DNA of 20,000 nt. Origin: an uncultured virus (IMG/VR IMGVR_UViG_3300020469_000030). Lineage: Duplodnaviria > Heunggongvirae > Uroviricota > Caudoviricetes. How positions within the stretch are numbered: the first letter of the stretch is position 1; the number at the start of each line of letters is the position of its first letter. Made by a program: the position numbers and the translations under genes. A model generated the notes under the pieces. The model worked only from the letters and a program-made list of their open reading frames with translations. It was not told the origin of the DNA and did not search any database. The stretch lies in IMG/VR virus record IMGVR_UViG_3300020469_000030; one strand, given 5' to 3'. Positions 10,720 to 18,032 of this stretch are shown in pieces.

Positions 10720-11034
10720 CTACTTAAATTTTTTTACTAACTCAGAATAATCTCTCGTTAATGCATTTTTTACTGAATCAGGTACTCTAGAAGGATCCAT
10801 CGGTCTCCCATTTACATCTGGTGTAGATAGAGCATCCTGCTGGGGTTGATCTTGAAATGCTGTAAACCCAGCGCGTGCATCAGCAGCAGAAAATGTTTTA
10901 AGTGTTTTATATTCTTCACTCAAAGACGCTTTATTATTATTAGCAGTTTGCTCAGATAATACTTGCTTAACCTGTTTAGCAACTTCTTCTTTAATAATTT
11001 TTTTAATAGCTCGTACGAATTCTTTTGTTTTCAT
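10720..11034 (-). CDS. Hypothetical protein (104 aa)
   Basis: GGAG RBS and upstream ATATTTAT motif; helical N-terminus (IKKIIKEEV). Confidence 0.7.
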   Translation of the reverse strand: MKTKEFVRAIKKIIKEEVAKQVKQVLSEQTANNNKASLSEEYKTLKTFSAADARAGFTAFQDQPQQDALSTPDVNGRPMDPSRVPDSVKNALTRDYSELVKKFK

Positions 11035-11055
11035 TTATATACTCCATTTCATATA

Positions 11056-11063
11056 ATAAATAT
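11056..11063 (-). promoter_or_regulatory. Putative late promoter ATATTTAT
   Basis: Intergenic, 21 nt upstream of ATG 11034. Confidence 0.5.
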
Positions 11064-11076
11064 AGAGAAGCTTTAT

Positions 11077-12129
11077 TTACTGCTTCATAATAGATAACTT
11101 ATTCTTAATTTGTTGACACTTATTTGTAATATTTATTGAATTGTTACTAACAAGTTGGAAATCAGCAACATTTACAGGAGGTGTAGTAGGTGAACCGGGT
11201 GCAGCACTTACATGTGTTGATAAAGATGATGCTAAACCTTGCTTCTGTAACTGTTGACCCATAGATATAACTTGATCACATAATTCAAGCATTTGATCTA
11301 CAAATTCGTTAACGTCTAAAGCCCATTTTGAAGTTACGAGACCTATATTAGTATTACTTGCTAATAATATATCGTTCTCTCTAGATGTTAATAGAACTCT
11401 ATCACTTTTTAAGACTATTTGACTGTTAGAATATTCTGTTACTTTAGTAAAATCACTTGGCACTCGGTTATTAAGCTTGATGGGCAACTGTTGTCCAGAA
11501 GTTAGATATATAGATGAGAAATCTGTATCATTATTCTCAATAGTAGAAAATCCATTCCGTATAGTTATAATTGGATTCTGTTCTACCTCATTACTAACCC
11601 ACTCTGTATTTGAATCTGGCACAGTACTTCCTAATCGAATGCTTTGTCCGTTACGTCCTTGTAATATTGTATCACCTTCATAAACATTTATAGATTTTCT
11701 CGATGGGTTTGGTACAAAAGTTTTACCTGCATGTAGTTCACGTGTACCTTTCTTATATACTTTTTTAAATCCATTAGCCATATGATTTGTATAACCTAAT
11801 CTACCTATAGCTGTGAAGTAATACCAGTTACCAGATAATCCATCTTTAAAAACAGATACACGTTCATTAGGTAGTGGTAGAGTAAAGGAGTGAGATGACA
11901 TTGGATATGCTATTTTATTAGAGTATGTACCATCTATCTTCTTTACTGATATTATAATAGAACCAACATTTTCTTGACCATTAGAAATAGTATCAATAAC
12001 AGTAGCAATAGAGGTCAAGCATGACATATCTTCGTCTATTACCGAATCTTTATCGCGAGATATACTACTCGGCAAATTATATTTATTTGTATACTTAGAC
12101 ACTAGCTCCAACCTTCTCTGCTTGTTCAA
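11077..12129 (-). CDS. Putative baseplate central spike (gp5/gpV-like); start uncertain, possibly GTG at 12102
   Basis: LPLPNERVSV is an OB-fold-like motif. It is followed by beta-strand repeats (EGDTILQGRNGQSIRLGS; QIVLKSDRVLL) and a THVSAAPGSPTTPP tip. Positioned just upstream of gp25. Confidence 0.6.
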   Translation of the reverse strand: MNKQRRLELVSKYTNKYNLPSSISRDKDSVIDEDMSCLTSIATVIDTISNGQENVGSIIISVKKIDGTYSNKIAYPMSSHSFTLPLPNERVSVFKDGLSGNWYYFTAIGRLGYTNHMANGFKKVYKKGTRELHAGKTFVPNPSRKSINVYEGDTILQGRNGQSIRLGSTVPDSNTEWVSNEVEQNPIITIRNGFSTIENNDTDFSSIYLTSGQQLPIKLNNRVPSDFTKVTEYSNSQIVLKSDRVLLTSRENDILLASNTNIGLVTSKWALDVNEFVDQMLELCDQVISMGQQLQKQGLASSLSTHVSAAPGSPTTPPVNVADFQLVSNNSINITNKCQQIKNKLSIMKQ

Positions 12130-12433
12130 TTAAGTCACGCTTCTCTTGCTCTGTTAATAAGAGACTTTCACCAGAACCTGTACTCCGGTTTTGAGCTTTC
12201 TGAACAATAGCAGCCATTTTAATTAATGCTTCATCATTTTTTACAGCTATCTCCATGTAGTCTTTTATTAAAGGTACAATAATAATAGCATCACCTATAT
12301 TTTTTATCATAGGTTTTAATTCTGTTATAAGCACTTGAATTTGAGATTCTTTCTTTTTTGAATTATTATATATATCTTCTAAAAGATTTTCAAATGTTTT
12401 GCCTTTGAATATTTCCTCTTTTTCTTCACTCAT
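12095..12433 (-). CDS. Hypothetical helical protein (112 aa), first gene of the late block
   Basis: AGGAG RBS and upstream ATATTTATA motif. Confidence 0.75.
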   Translation of the reverse strand: MSEEKEEIFKGKTFENLLEDIYNNSKKKESQIQVLITELKPMIKNIGDAIIIVPLIKDYMEIAVKNDEALIKMAAIVQKAQNRSTGSGESLLLTEQEKRDLIEQAEKVGASV

Positions 12434-12447
12434 ATTTACTCCTTATA

Positions 12448-12456
12448 TATAAATAT
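12448..12456 (-). promoter_or_regulatory. Putative late promoter ATATTTATA
   Basis: Immediately after the terminator and 14 nt upstream of ATG 12433. Confidence 0.6.
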
Positions 12457-12459
12457 TGC

Positions 12460-12492
12460 AAAAAAGAAAAAGCGCTATAAAAGCGCTTCTTC
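12460..12492 (-). terminator. Rho-independent terminator
   Basis: Minus strand reads GAAGAAGCGCT-TTTAT-AGCGCTTTTTC followed by TTTTTT, about 20 nt after the stop of the 74-aa gene. Confidence 0.8.
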
Positions 12493-12510
12493 ATTATTGT
12501 AATTCAAAAA

Positions 12511-12735
12511 CTACTTCTTCGTAAAGAATGATACCACTATAACTAGTACTACCAATCCTACAAATCCACCCTCACCTAAGCGAGCAACTAGATTTCCAAG
12601 ATTTGCAACTACATCCATTCCGAATATAGAGCGACCAGTTAAAACAGTCCATAGAATTGTTACGGGAAGAATAGCTGTCATAATCGCCATAAGTCCACTA
12701 AAGAATCCTACTACATACTTAATTACTGAATCCAT
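12511..12735 (-). CDS. Small hydrophobic membrane protein (74 aa)
   Basis: Strong AAGGAG RBS, two or three hydrophobic segments, C-terminal KK, and its own terminator. Confidence 0.8.
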   Translation of the reverse strand: MDSVIKYVVGFFSGLMAIMTAILPVTILWTVLTGRSIFGMDVVANLGNLVARLGEGGFVGLVVLVIVVSFFTKK

Positions 12736-12789
12736 AATTATCTCCTTTTATTTAAAATTTGCGGCAATATTGCCAGAATAAGTCGTGCA

Positions 12790-13563
12790 CTACCTATTCT
12801 TATATACTGAATACAGTCGACTATATTCAGTCTTTAATATATTAACGACGCGGGTAATGTATTGTGTTTTTACATCTACCATCTCGCGTACCATAATATA
12901 TAAAGCTTTTTTATTATATGTTTCTATATTTTCACAATTCGTAAATATCTCTAATAATGCATAAGCTGTTGGAATGTCACGCTTATATTTTATTATTGAT
13001 TCAATATTTTCTGTGCAGTGAGTTATGAATAAATGAAAAAAGTCTTGCGTTTCAGTTCTATTTTCAGCTCGTATTACTTCATTTATAACACTGCGTCTTG
13101 AATCAATTTCTAGAACCGGGGCTTTAGATTTTTTTCGATTATAATGTTTATAATTATTTTGTATTAAATAATTTTTAGCAACAATACTAAAGTATGAAAA
13201 TGCTTTACCTTTATCTTGAGTATATTTAGGTAATTTTTCTAATATAAAAGCAATTACTTCGTATTGAACATCTTGTGTGGGTGCATTAAAGTGATAAAAT
13301 TTATAACGATGTATTAAACTCTCTGTCATTTTAAACAGTGGGTGGTGTATATATTCATTGAAAACTTTATTGCGCTTAACTTGATCTGGTTCACTGTTAT
13401 AAGCTATAATAGCATCTTCTGTATCCTGAGTGAAATAGAGTTTATTTTTTCTCGGTCTACCTCTTCGCTTTTTTGTATTCTGTTCTTGCAATGCCAGCTG
13501 TTCAGCTTGACGGCGCTCTTCTATTATCTTATAAAAAGACTCAACGGGTGATATATTATTCAT
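12790..13563 (-). CDS. Phage RNA polymerase sigma factor, gp55-like (257 aa)
   Basis: DVQYEVIAFILEKLPKYTQDKGKAFSYFSIVAKNYLIQ resembles sigma region 2. GGAGG RBS. Lies just upstream of the structural module. Confidence 0.7.
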   Translation of the reverse strand: MNNISPVESFYKIIEERRQAEQLALQEQNTKKRRGRPRKNKLYFTQDTEDAIIAYNSEPDQVKRNKVFNEYIHHPLFKMTESLIHRYKFYHFNAPTQDVQYEVIAFILEKLPKYTQDKGKAFSYFSIVAKNYLIQNNYKHYNRKKSKAPVLEIDSRRSVINEVIRAENRTETQDFFHLFITHCTENIESIIKYKRDIPTAYALLEIFTNCENIETYNKKALYIMVREMVDVKTQYITRVVNILKTEYSRLYSVYKNR

Positions 13564-13816
13564 TATTAACCTCCTGCTTAATTACTGATTTTAGCTGATT
13601 AAATACTTCACCAACTTGATCATCTGATTCAAAGGCTCCCGTTTCATCTATTTCGTCCATTTTTTGCTGCATATTAACTAGTGTTTCATTTATACGAGAA
13701 GATTGTGTATATTGCTCTACTATACTATCCTCTAACTCTTCTACTTTACGCATTAAGTTATATATAACATAAGCACATACAATTAACGCGATACTTAATA
13801 TGATAGATACAATCAC
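13556..13816 (-). CDS. Membrane-anchored coiled-coil hypothetical protein (86 aa)
   Basis: N-terminal hydrophobic helix followed by an acidic coiled coil; overlaps both neighbours. Confidence 0.75.
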   Translation of the reverse strand: MIVSIILSIALIVCAYVIYNLMRKVEELEDSIVEQYTQSSRINETLVNMQQKMDEIDETGAFESDDQVGEVFNQLKSVIKQEVNNE

Positions 13817-14574
13817 TACGACTCTCCAAATAAATCTTTAAATAACTCTGTTGCAGACTCAGATGAATTACTCACTGTCTTTGATGAAGATTTTCTAACC
13901 TTTCGTTTAGACTCTACAACAATATTTGTATCTGAATTTTTCCATTTCTCATACTCTATTTGTGATGCCATATGATCTGCATGATGTAATATAATAGGTA
14001 GATTGGTACGCATTCTCGATTCAGGTCTGAATGCTACAAAGTAAGGTTTATTAGCTTCATCATACATACCATCATGAAGTTTAATACCCATCATTTCATT
14101 CTGAGTAAACTTAATATCAAACTCTTGAAGTAGTAATAGTGATCTATCTGGTACTGACATGAAAGGTATTTCAGGATTTATCTCATATATCTTTCCTTGA
14201 TTCTTCCTATGCCAATCAGATGGATTAGGTCTATACATCTCTAACTCTTGTGTACCTACTTTACCTAAATCATGATTAAGAGCAGCAAACATTAACTCTT
14301 CACGAGTGTAACCTGAGCAGGTTGAGCCAAGTGCTTGCCAGTTATTATACACAGCGTCAGCACAATCCATTACACGCAATACATGATCAACATAACCACC
14401 AGCAAAGCAGTTATGATAATGTTCAAAGCTTGATGCAGGCATTAGCATCATTCTATCTTGAAAGTGATTATACATCAACTCAAGGTTATGCTTACGCTCC
14501 GGTGATTTGAATTCGCTATGAATCCGACTCATCAACTCTTCCCAATTCTGGGCTATTTTATTTTCATCTAACAT
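13816..14574 (-). CDS. HD-superfamily metal-dependent phosphohydrolase (252 aa)
   Basis: HYHN..GGYVDHVLRV, ALNHDLGK, HDG and LHHADHMAS give the H...HD...D pattern of YhaM-like HD domains. No OB domain is evident. Confidence 0.88.
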   Translation of the reverse strand: MLDENKIAQNWEELMSRIHSEFKSPERKHNLELMYNHFQDRMMLMPASSFEHYHNCFAGGYVDHVLRVMDCADAVYNNWQALGSTCSGYTREELMFAALNHDLGKVGTQELEMYRPNPSDWHRKNQGKIYEINPEIPFMSVPDRSLLLLQEFDIKFTQNEMMGIKLHDGMYDEANKPYFVAFRPESRMRTNLPIILHHADHMASQIEYEKWKNSDTNIVVESKRKVRKSSSKTVSNSSESATELFKDLFGES

Positions 14575-14575
14575 A

Positions 14576-14803
14576 CTATCCTAATAATAATTTTAATTGT
14601 GCAGGATCACCTGTCACTGTATCTTTTCCGAACTCTTTTACAATACTACCTTCACTATATCCCATTGCATGAGCTAATCGCTTACAAGCTATCTTATACT
14701 CTTGTATAGTAAGATTAGATTCTACTTCAAAAACAATTCGCGTTGGTTCTTTTATTGTACGTAATTCTTCTACATTGCTGCGTTCAAATATAAGTTTATT
14801 CAT
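14576..14803 (-). CDS. Hypothetical protein (75 aa)
   Basis: AGGAG RBS; downstream of a sigma70-like promoter. Confidence 0.75.
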   Translation of the reverse strand: MNKLIFERSNVEELRTIKEPTRIVFEVESNLTIQEYKIACKRLAHAMGYSEGSIVKEFGKDTVTGDPAQLKLLLG

Positions 14804-14829
14804 ATTACTCCTATTTTATTATATTCTAT

Positions 14830-14858
14830 AATATAAGAAAATATTTTATAACATACAA
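14830..14858 (-). promoter_or_regulatory. Sigma70-like promoter TTGTAT-N17-TATATT
   Basis: Exact 17-nt spacer; same architecture as two other intergenic sites. Confidence 0.6.
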
Positions 14859-14859
14859 C

Positions 14860-15327
14860 TTATTTTATTACTCTTTGTAACTTTTTAATCTCTGACGTTA
14901 TTCGTCTCTGATCTTTTTTAAATTTTGCTTTAGATAACTGCTTCTTTAATTTATGAATCTTAGATAAGGTATCATTATAAAGCTGAGCTTTTTGACCTTT
15001 TGATAATTTTACTTTCTTCTCTTTAGGTTTTACTTTAGTAGGTGGTAGTGTATTTTTCAACCCGGGTTGTTCAATACCTTTATGGTATACAGTACCATCA
15101 GTATGAACAAACTCTTTCATAAATTTCCATCCACGCGGTCGTCCACTAGATACATATCGCTTAGGTGGTGTAAACGGGAACTCTCTATTATAATCTTCCC
15201 TTACACAAATATCACATTTTATAGCTGTAGTGCTATCGCTTACAGAAATCATTGTACTACAACACTTACATTCCATAAACCTAACACCGTTCTTAACTTC
15301 GGTATAATATTCTATCTTACTCTTCAT
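14860..15327 (-). CDS. Basic hypothetical protein with CxxC...CxxC zinc-finger-like motif (155 aa)
   Basis: CKCC...CDIC, GRPRG and a Lys-rich C-terminal helix. Confidence 0.75.
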   Translation of the reverse strand: MKSKIEYYTEVKNGVRFMECKCCSTMISVSDSTTAIKCDICVREDYNREFPFTPPKRYVSSGRPRGWKFMKEFVHTDGTVYHKGIEQPGLKNTLPPTKVKPKEKKVKLSKGQKAQLYNDTLSKIHKLKKQLSKAKFKKDQRRITSEIKKLQRVIK

Positions 15328-15353
15328 ATATTAATATATATAGTGTTATTTAA

Positions 15354-15377
15354 AAATACAGGCAGGTTTTTATTACT
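15354..15377. repeat. Left arm of the inverted repeat flanking hsp20
   Basis: AAATACAGGCAGGTTT(TT)ATTACT is the reverse complement of 15854-15875 apart from a 2-nt bulge. Confidence 0.9.
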
Positions 15378-15804
15378 TAATTATAACTGTTTTAGGTAAA
15401 CAATCCTCTGACGTAGGAATTGTTAACGTTAATAACCCGTCTTCCATATGAGCTGAAATGTCTGTTAAGTCAAATTTTGGACTTATCTTCCATCCCATAT
15501 CGAAGCTCTTTCGTGTAATTCCCTTGTGAATATACTCACAAGCTTCTACATCTGATGAATTTGATTCAATAGATGGTTTCTTATATACTACTTTAAGTAA
15601 GTTACCTTCAGTAGTAATTTGTATATCTTCTTTTTTTAACCCAACACATGCAATATCAAAACATAAGCATTCTTCACCCAGCTTTATATCTACAGGGTAG
15701 TTTGGCTTTTTATCTGCAAATGATTCAAATATTGTGCCTTTTTCAAAAAAGTTTCTGAATAATAGATCGGTCGGAAAGACCCGTTCATTTAAGATTGTTG
15801 TCAT
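15373..15804 (-). CDS. hsp20: Small heat shock protein (Hsp20/alpha-crystallin family, 143 aa)
   Basis: YPVDI...DIACVGLKKEDIQIT.EGNLLKV...YIHKGITRKSF...AHMEDGLLTLTIP; AAGGAG RBS. Confidence 0.93.
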   Translation of the reverse strand: MTTILNERVFPTDLLFRNFFEKGTIFESFADKKPNYPVDIKLGEECLCFDIACVGLKKEDIQITTEGNLLKVVYKKPSIESNSSDVEACEYIHKGITRKSFDMGWKISPKFDLTDISAHMEDGLLTLTIPTSEDCLPKTVIIK

Positions 15805-15853
15805 ATAATCTCCTTAGATGATTTAATTAATTTTTATTTTCTAAAATAATAAT

Positions 15854-15875
15854 AGTAATAAACCTGCCTGTATTT
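15854..15875. repeat. Right arm of the inverted repeat flanking hsp20
   Basis: AGTAATAAACCTGCCTGTATTT; 15860-15875 is a perfect reverse complement of 15354-15369. Confidence 0.9.
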
Positions 15876-16323
15876 ATATACTATCTTCGTTCATATTTAT
15901 AACATAGCTATGAATAGTTACATCACCATGCTTCTTTATTCTATGTTCCCATTTAAGATCGCTACCTAGTAAACTATCTTTAAATAGATCTAAAGTCTGT
16001 AAGTTAGAAGCACTAATTGCTATATAACCATCTAACAACTCAACTTTAGGTGCTGTGTTTTTTGTAGTCGGTTTTAGTATTTGCTGTTCTATAAAGTTAG
16101 TAACAACATCCTTATCTTCTTGTGACAAATCATCAAATGTATTTGCTATAGGAAGATTCTGTATTATATACTCATCCTCAACTGCTTTAAACACTTCAGG
16201 TAATATATCTGACGTAATACTTTTTTGAAAGTCTTCTAACTCCTCATCAGTATAATCAAATAACTGTTCACTCAATTTATTATTAAGTAATGAAAATGGA
16301 CTCAAGTTATTTGGAAACATCAT
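15874..16323 (-). CDS. Acidic hypothetical protein (149 aa)
   Basis: GAGG RBS and upstream ATATTTATA motif. Confidence 0.75.
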   Translation of the reverse strand: MMFPNNLSPFSLLNNKLSEQLFDYTDEELEDFQKSITSDILPEVFKAVEDEYIIQNLPIANTFDDLSQEDKDVVTNFIEQQILKPTTKNTAPKVELLDGYIAISASNLQTLDLFKDSLLGSDLKWEHRIKKHGDVTIHSYVINMNEDSI

Positions 16324-16337
16324 ATATATACCTCTAT

Positions 16338-16346
16338 TATAAATAT
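16338..16346 (-). promoter_or_regulatory. Putative late promoter ATATTTATA
   Basis: Intergenic, 14 nt upstream of ATG 16323. Confidence 0.55.
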
Positions 16347-16760
16347 CTATATGCTACTGAAAGTATTATTTAATCTTGAATGTTTTTTAAATAATACATT
16401 CAAGTATTTTAAATCGTTATTATCAATAATATTAGTTGATGATATCTTAGTCTTAATATTGAATGCATGATTGTTATCTTGCTGATATTCTAACCAGTCA
16501 AAATTCTTAGTATTTAAACGCTTTGCTATTACAATATTTTTCTCTATTAAAGAAGTAACAATATCTATTTTATTATATATCTTACTCTTCTCAGTTATAT
16601 TTGAACCCGGGTTCATAAATGCATCAACTATAGTACTAACTCGACTTGCTTCCTCCGGATTTCTTTCTGCCAGATCCTTTAGATTGTCCGCCTGTTCCAC
16701 CTTTTTTAGCATTTCGTCTGCTAGCTCGGTAAGCGTTTTTTCTCTTTTTTTGCTCTGCAT
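16347..16760 (-). CDS. Hypothetical protein (up to 137 aa; start uncertain)
   Basis: Open frame fills the gap between neighbours; its first 125 nt overlap the upstream ORF. Confidence 0.65.
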   Translation of the reverse strand: MQSKKREKTLTELADEMLKKVEQADNLKDLAERNPEEASRVSTIVDAFMNPGSNITEKSKIYNKIDIVTSLIEKNIVIAKRLNTKNFDWLEYQQDNNHAFNIKTKISSTNIIDNNDLKYLNVLFKKHSRLNNTFSSI

Positions 16761-16896
16761 TCTCTTCCAACTTTTTGATATGCTCTTTTAAGTATTTTGA
16801 TTTTAATGTATAGTGCTCTCTAAAAGAACGAAATTTCCAATTACCAATAAAAATACCGATAATAGTACCAAGTATAAATATCCCTATTAATGCCAT
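16636..16896 (-). CDS. Membrane-anchored basic hypothetical protein (86 aa)
   Basis: AAGGA RBS, N-terminal hydrophobic helix and a K/R/G/S-rich tail. Confidence 0.65.
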   Translation of the reverse strand: MALIGIFILGTIIGIFIGNWKFRSFREHYTLKSKYLKEHIKKLEENAEQKKRKNAYRASRRNAKKGGTGGQSKGSGRKKSGGSKSS

Positions 16897-16938
16897 ATTA
16901 CTTATTCCTTTTTATTTTCTCATGTTAATTTAATTAAG

Positions 16939-17005
16939 CATGTGAACAATTATTTAATTGAATGTAATATAATGATTTTTTTTCAATTAATCAACTGTTC
17001 ACATG
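16939..17005. repeat. 24-bp imperfect inverted repeat (21/24) with 19-nt spacer
   Basis: CATGTGAACAATTATTTAATTGAA (16939-16962) versus TTCAATTAATCAACTGTTCACATG (16982-17005). Confidence 0.85.
16966..16994 (-). promoter_or_regulatory. Sigma70-like promoter TTGATT-N17-TATATT
   Basis: Exact 17-nt spacer; intergenic. Confidence 0.6.
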
Positions 17006-17014
17006 TTTTTTTCT

Positions 17015-17305
17015 CTAAATATTCCAGCCGTTATCCATTCGACCCATTCGCACACCAGTATTGTGTGTCTGTTTTGCATCCTCTAATACTTCTATTAGTC
17101 GGTTACATTCTGTAAAAGTGAGATTCACCTCCTTTCCGTCGATGCATAATGCACCTATAACAGGTTGTTTTGCATCACCAACAGGTACTCGATTCCATTT
17201 ATGATCAAATGAAATAGTATTCCACACCTTTCCATACTTTGCAGGGTTAAACTTTGGACGATCCGTTGAAACTGGTCTTTCGACATTTTTTGCTTTGTAA
17301 GCCAT
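17015..17305 (-). CDS. Hypothetical protein (96 aa, MAYKAK...)
   Basis: Start moved from 17440 to ATG 17305 to avoid overlap with the upstream gene; AT-rich leader. Confidence 0.7.
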   Translation of the reverse strand: MAYKAKNVERPVSTDRPKFNPAKYGKVWNTISFDHKWNRVPVGDAKQPVIGALCIDGKEVNLTFTECNRLIEVLEDAKQTHNTGVRMGRMDNGWNI

Positions 17306-17324
17306 AATATATAAATTTAATTGA

Positions 17325-17567
17325 TTACTTATTATTCTTCGGGTACATTTTAAAAAGTACTGCACACCGTTCGTATTTCTCTTGCTCCTGATAATATTCA
17401 AGCAACTTTCTAACGAGTTTATTTTGTTGATACTCATCATCAGGAAAGAAAGTTTCAGGACCCTCTTCCGTTATTGTATCATATAATTGATCTACTAATG
17501 TGATAAGGAGCTTATCAGTAAATCTCTCAAGTTGAGTCGCTGTTATTTTTTTACCGTTCATATACAT
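17325..17567 (-). CDS. Hypothetical protein with C-terminal UVR-like helix (about 80 aa)
   Basis: LLEYYQEQEKYERCAVL resembles the UvrB/UvrC ExYExAA motif; ATG abuts the upstream stop. Confidence 0.65.
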   Translation of the reverse strand: MYMNGKKITATQLERFTDKLLITLVDQLYDTITEEGPETFFPDDEYQQNKLVRKLLEYYQEQEKYERCAVLFKMYPKNNK

Positions 17568-17568
17568 A

Positions 17569-17796
17569 TTAGTTTGGCAATTCATCTGCTATTGTTTTTT
17601 CAATAGCTTTCCACAACCCAACTAAATCACAACTCTCACCTACTTCATTATACATATCAACTATTTCACTACTAAAATCATCTCCAAAAATAATTGCATC
17701 AGAAGAGCGTAATATACTTTTTACACCGTCTAAACCAGAGCTTGTATAAGTTGATAGAATAGACTCTTTTGTTAAAAATCTCTTATTAAATCCCAT
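17569..17796 (-). CDS. Hypothetical protein (75 aa, MGFNKRF...)
   Basis: ATG 17796 with GGAG upstream; overlaps the preceding gene. Confidence 0.7.
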   Translation of the reverse strand: MGFNKRFLTKESILSTYTSSGLDGVKSILRSSDAIIFGDDFSSEIVDMYNEVGESCDLVGLWKAIEKTIADELPN

Positions 17797-18031
17797 CGTC
17801 TTCACTCTCCTCTAATGTTTCTAAATATTCTAGCATTGCTCTCTGAAACTTCTCTTGTTGTATCTTAAAACGTATATTAATAAATAGTCTAATTAATGCA
17901 TAAACTATAATTCCTGCGAATAAATTTTGTTCACCGAGTTGCATATACAATATACTTAACCATATAAGTAATGATGGTACTTCCAATACACGTAAGTGAG
18001 ACATTATCTCAATAATAGATTTATAATTCAT
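17786..18031 (-). CDS. Small two-TM membrane protein (81 aa)
   Basis: Two hydrophobic segments and an acidic tail; tightly packed with neighbours. Confidence 0.7.
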   Translation of the reverse strand: MNYKSIIEIMSHLRVLEVPSLLIWLSILYMQLGEQNLFAGIIVYALIRLFINIRFKIQQEKFQRAMLEYLETLEESEDDGI

Positions 18032-18032
18032 A

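Noticed and set aside
15334..15341. ATATATAT as a variant of the late promoter
   Set aside because: One mismatch, self-complementary low-complexity sequence and very close to the start codon; too weak to call.
15805..15825. RNA thermometer hairpin over the hsp20 SD (ATCT-AAGG-AGAT)
   Set aside because: Only a 4-bp stem, with no ROSE or fourU signature.
16347..16896. Rz/Rz1-like spanin pair interpretation of the overlapping ORFs
   Set aside because: The downstream ORF has no signal peptide, lipobox or Cys.
16912..16941. Minigenes ATG-CTT-AAT-TAA and ATG-AGA-AAA-TAA in a leader
   Set aside because: Expected by chance in AT-rich DNA; no RBS.
17306..17440. N-terminal extension of the tracked 141-aa ORF
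   Set aside because: Overlaps the neighbouring gene; ATG 17305 is the more plausible start.
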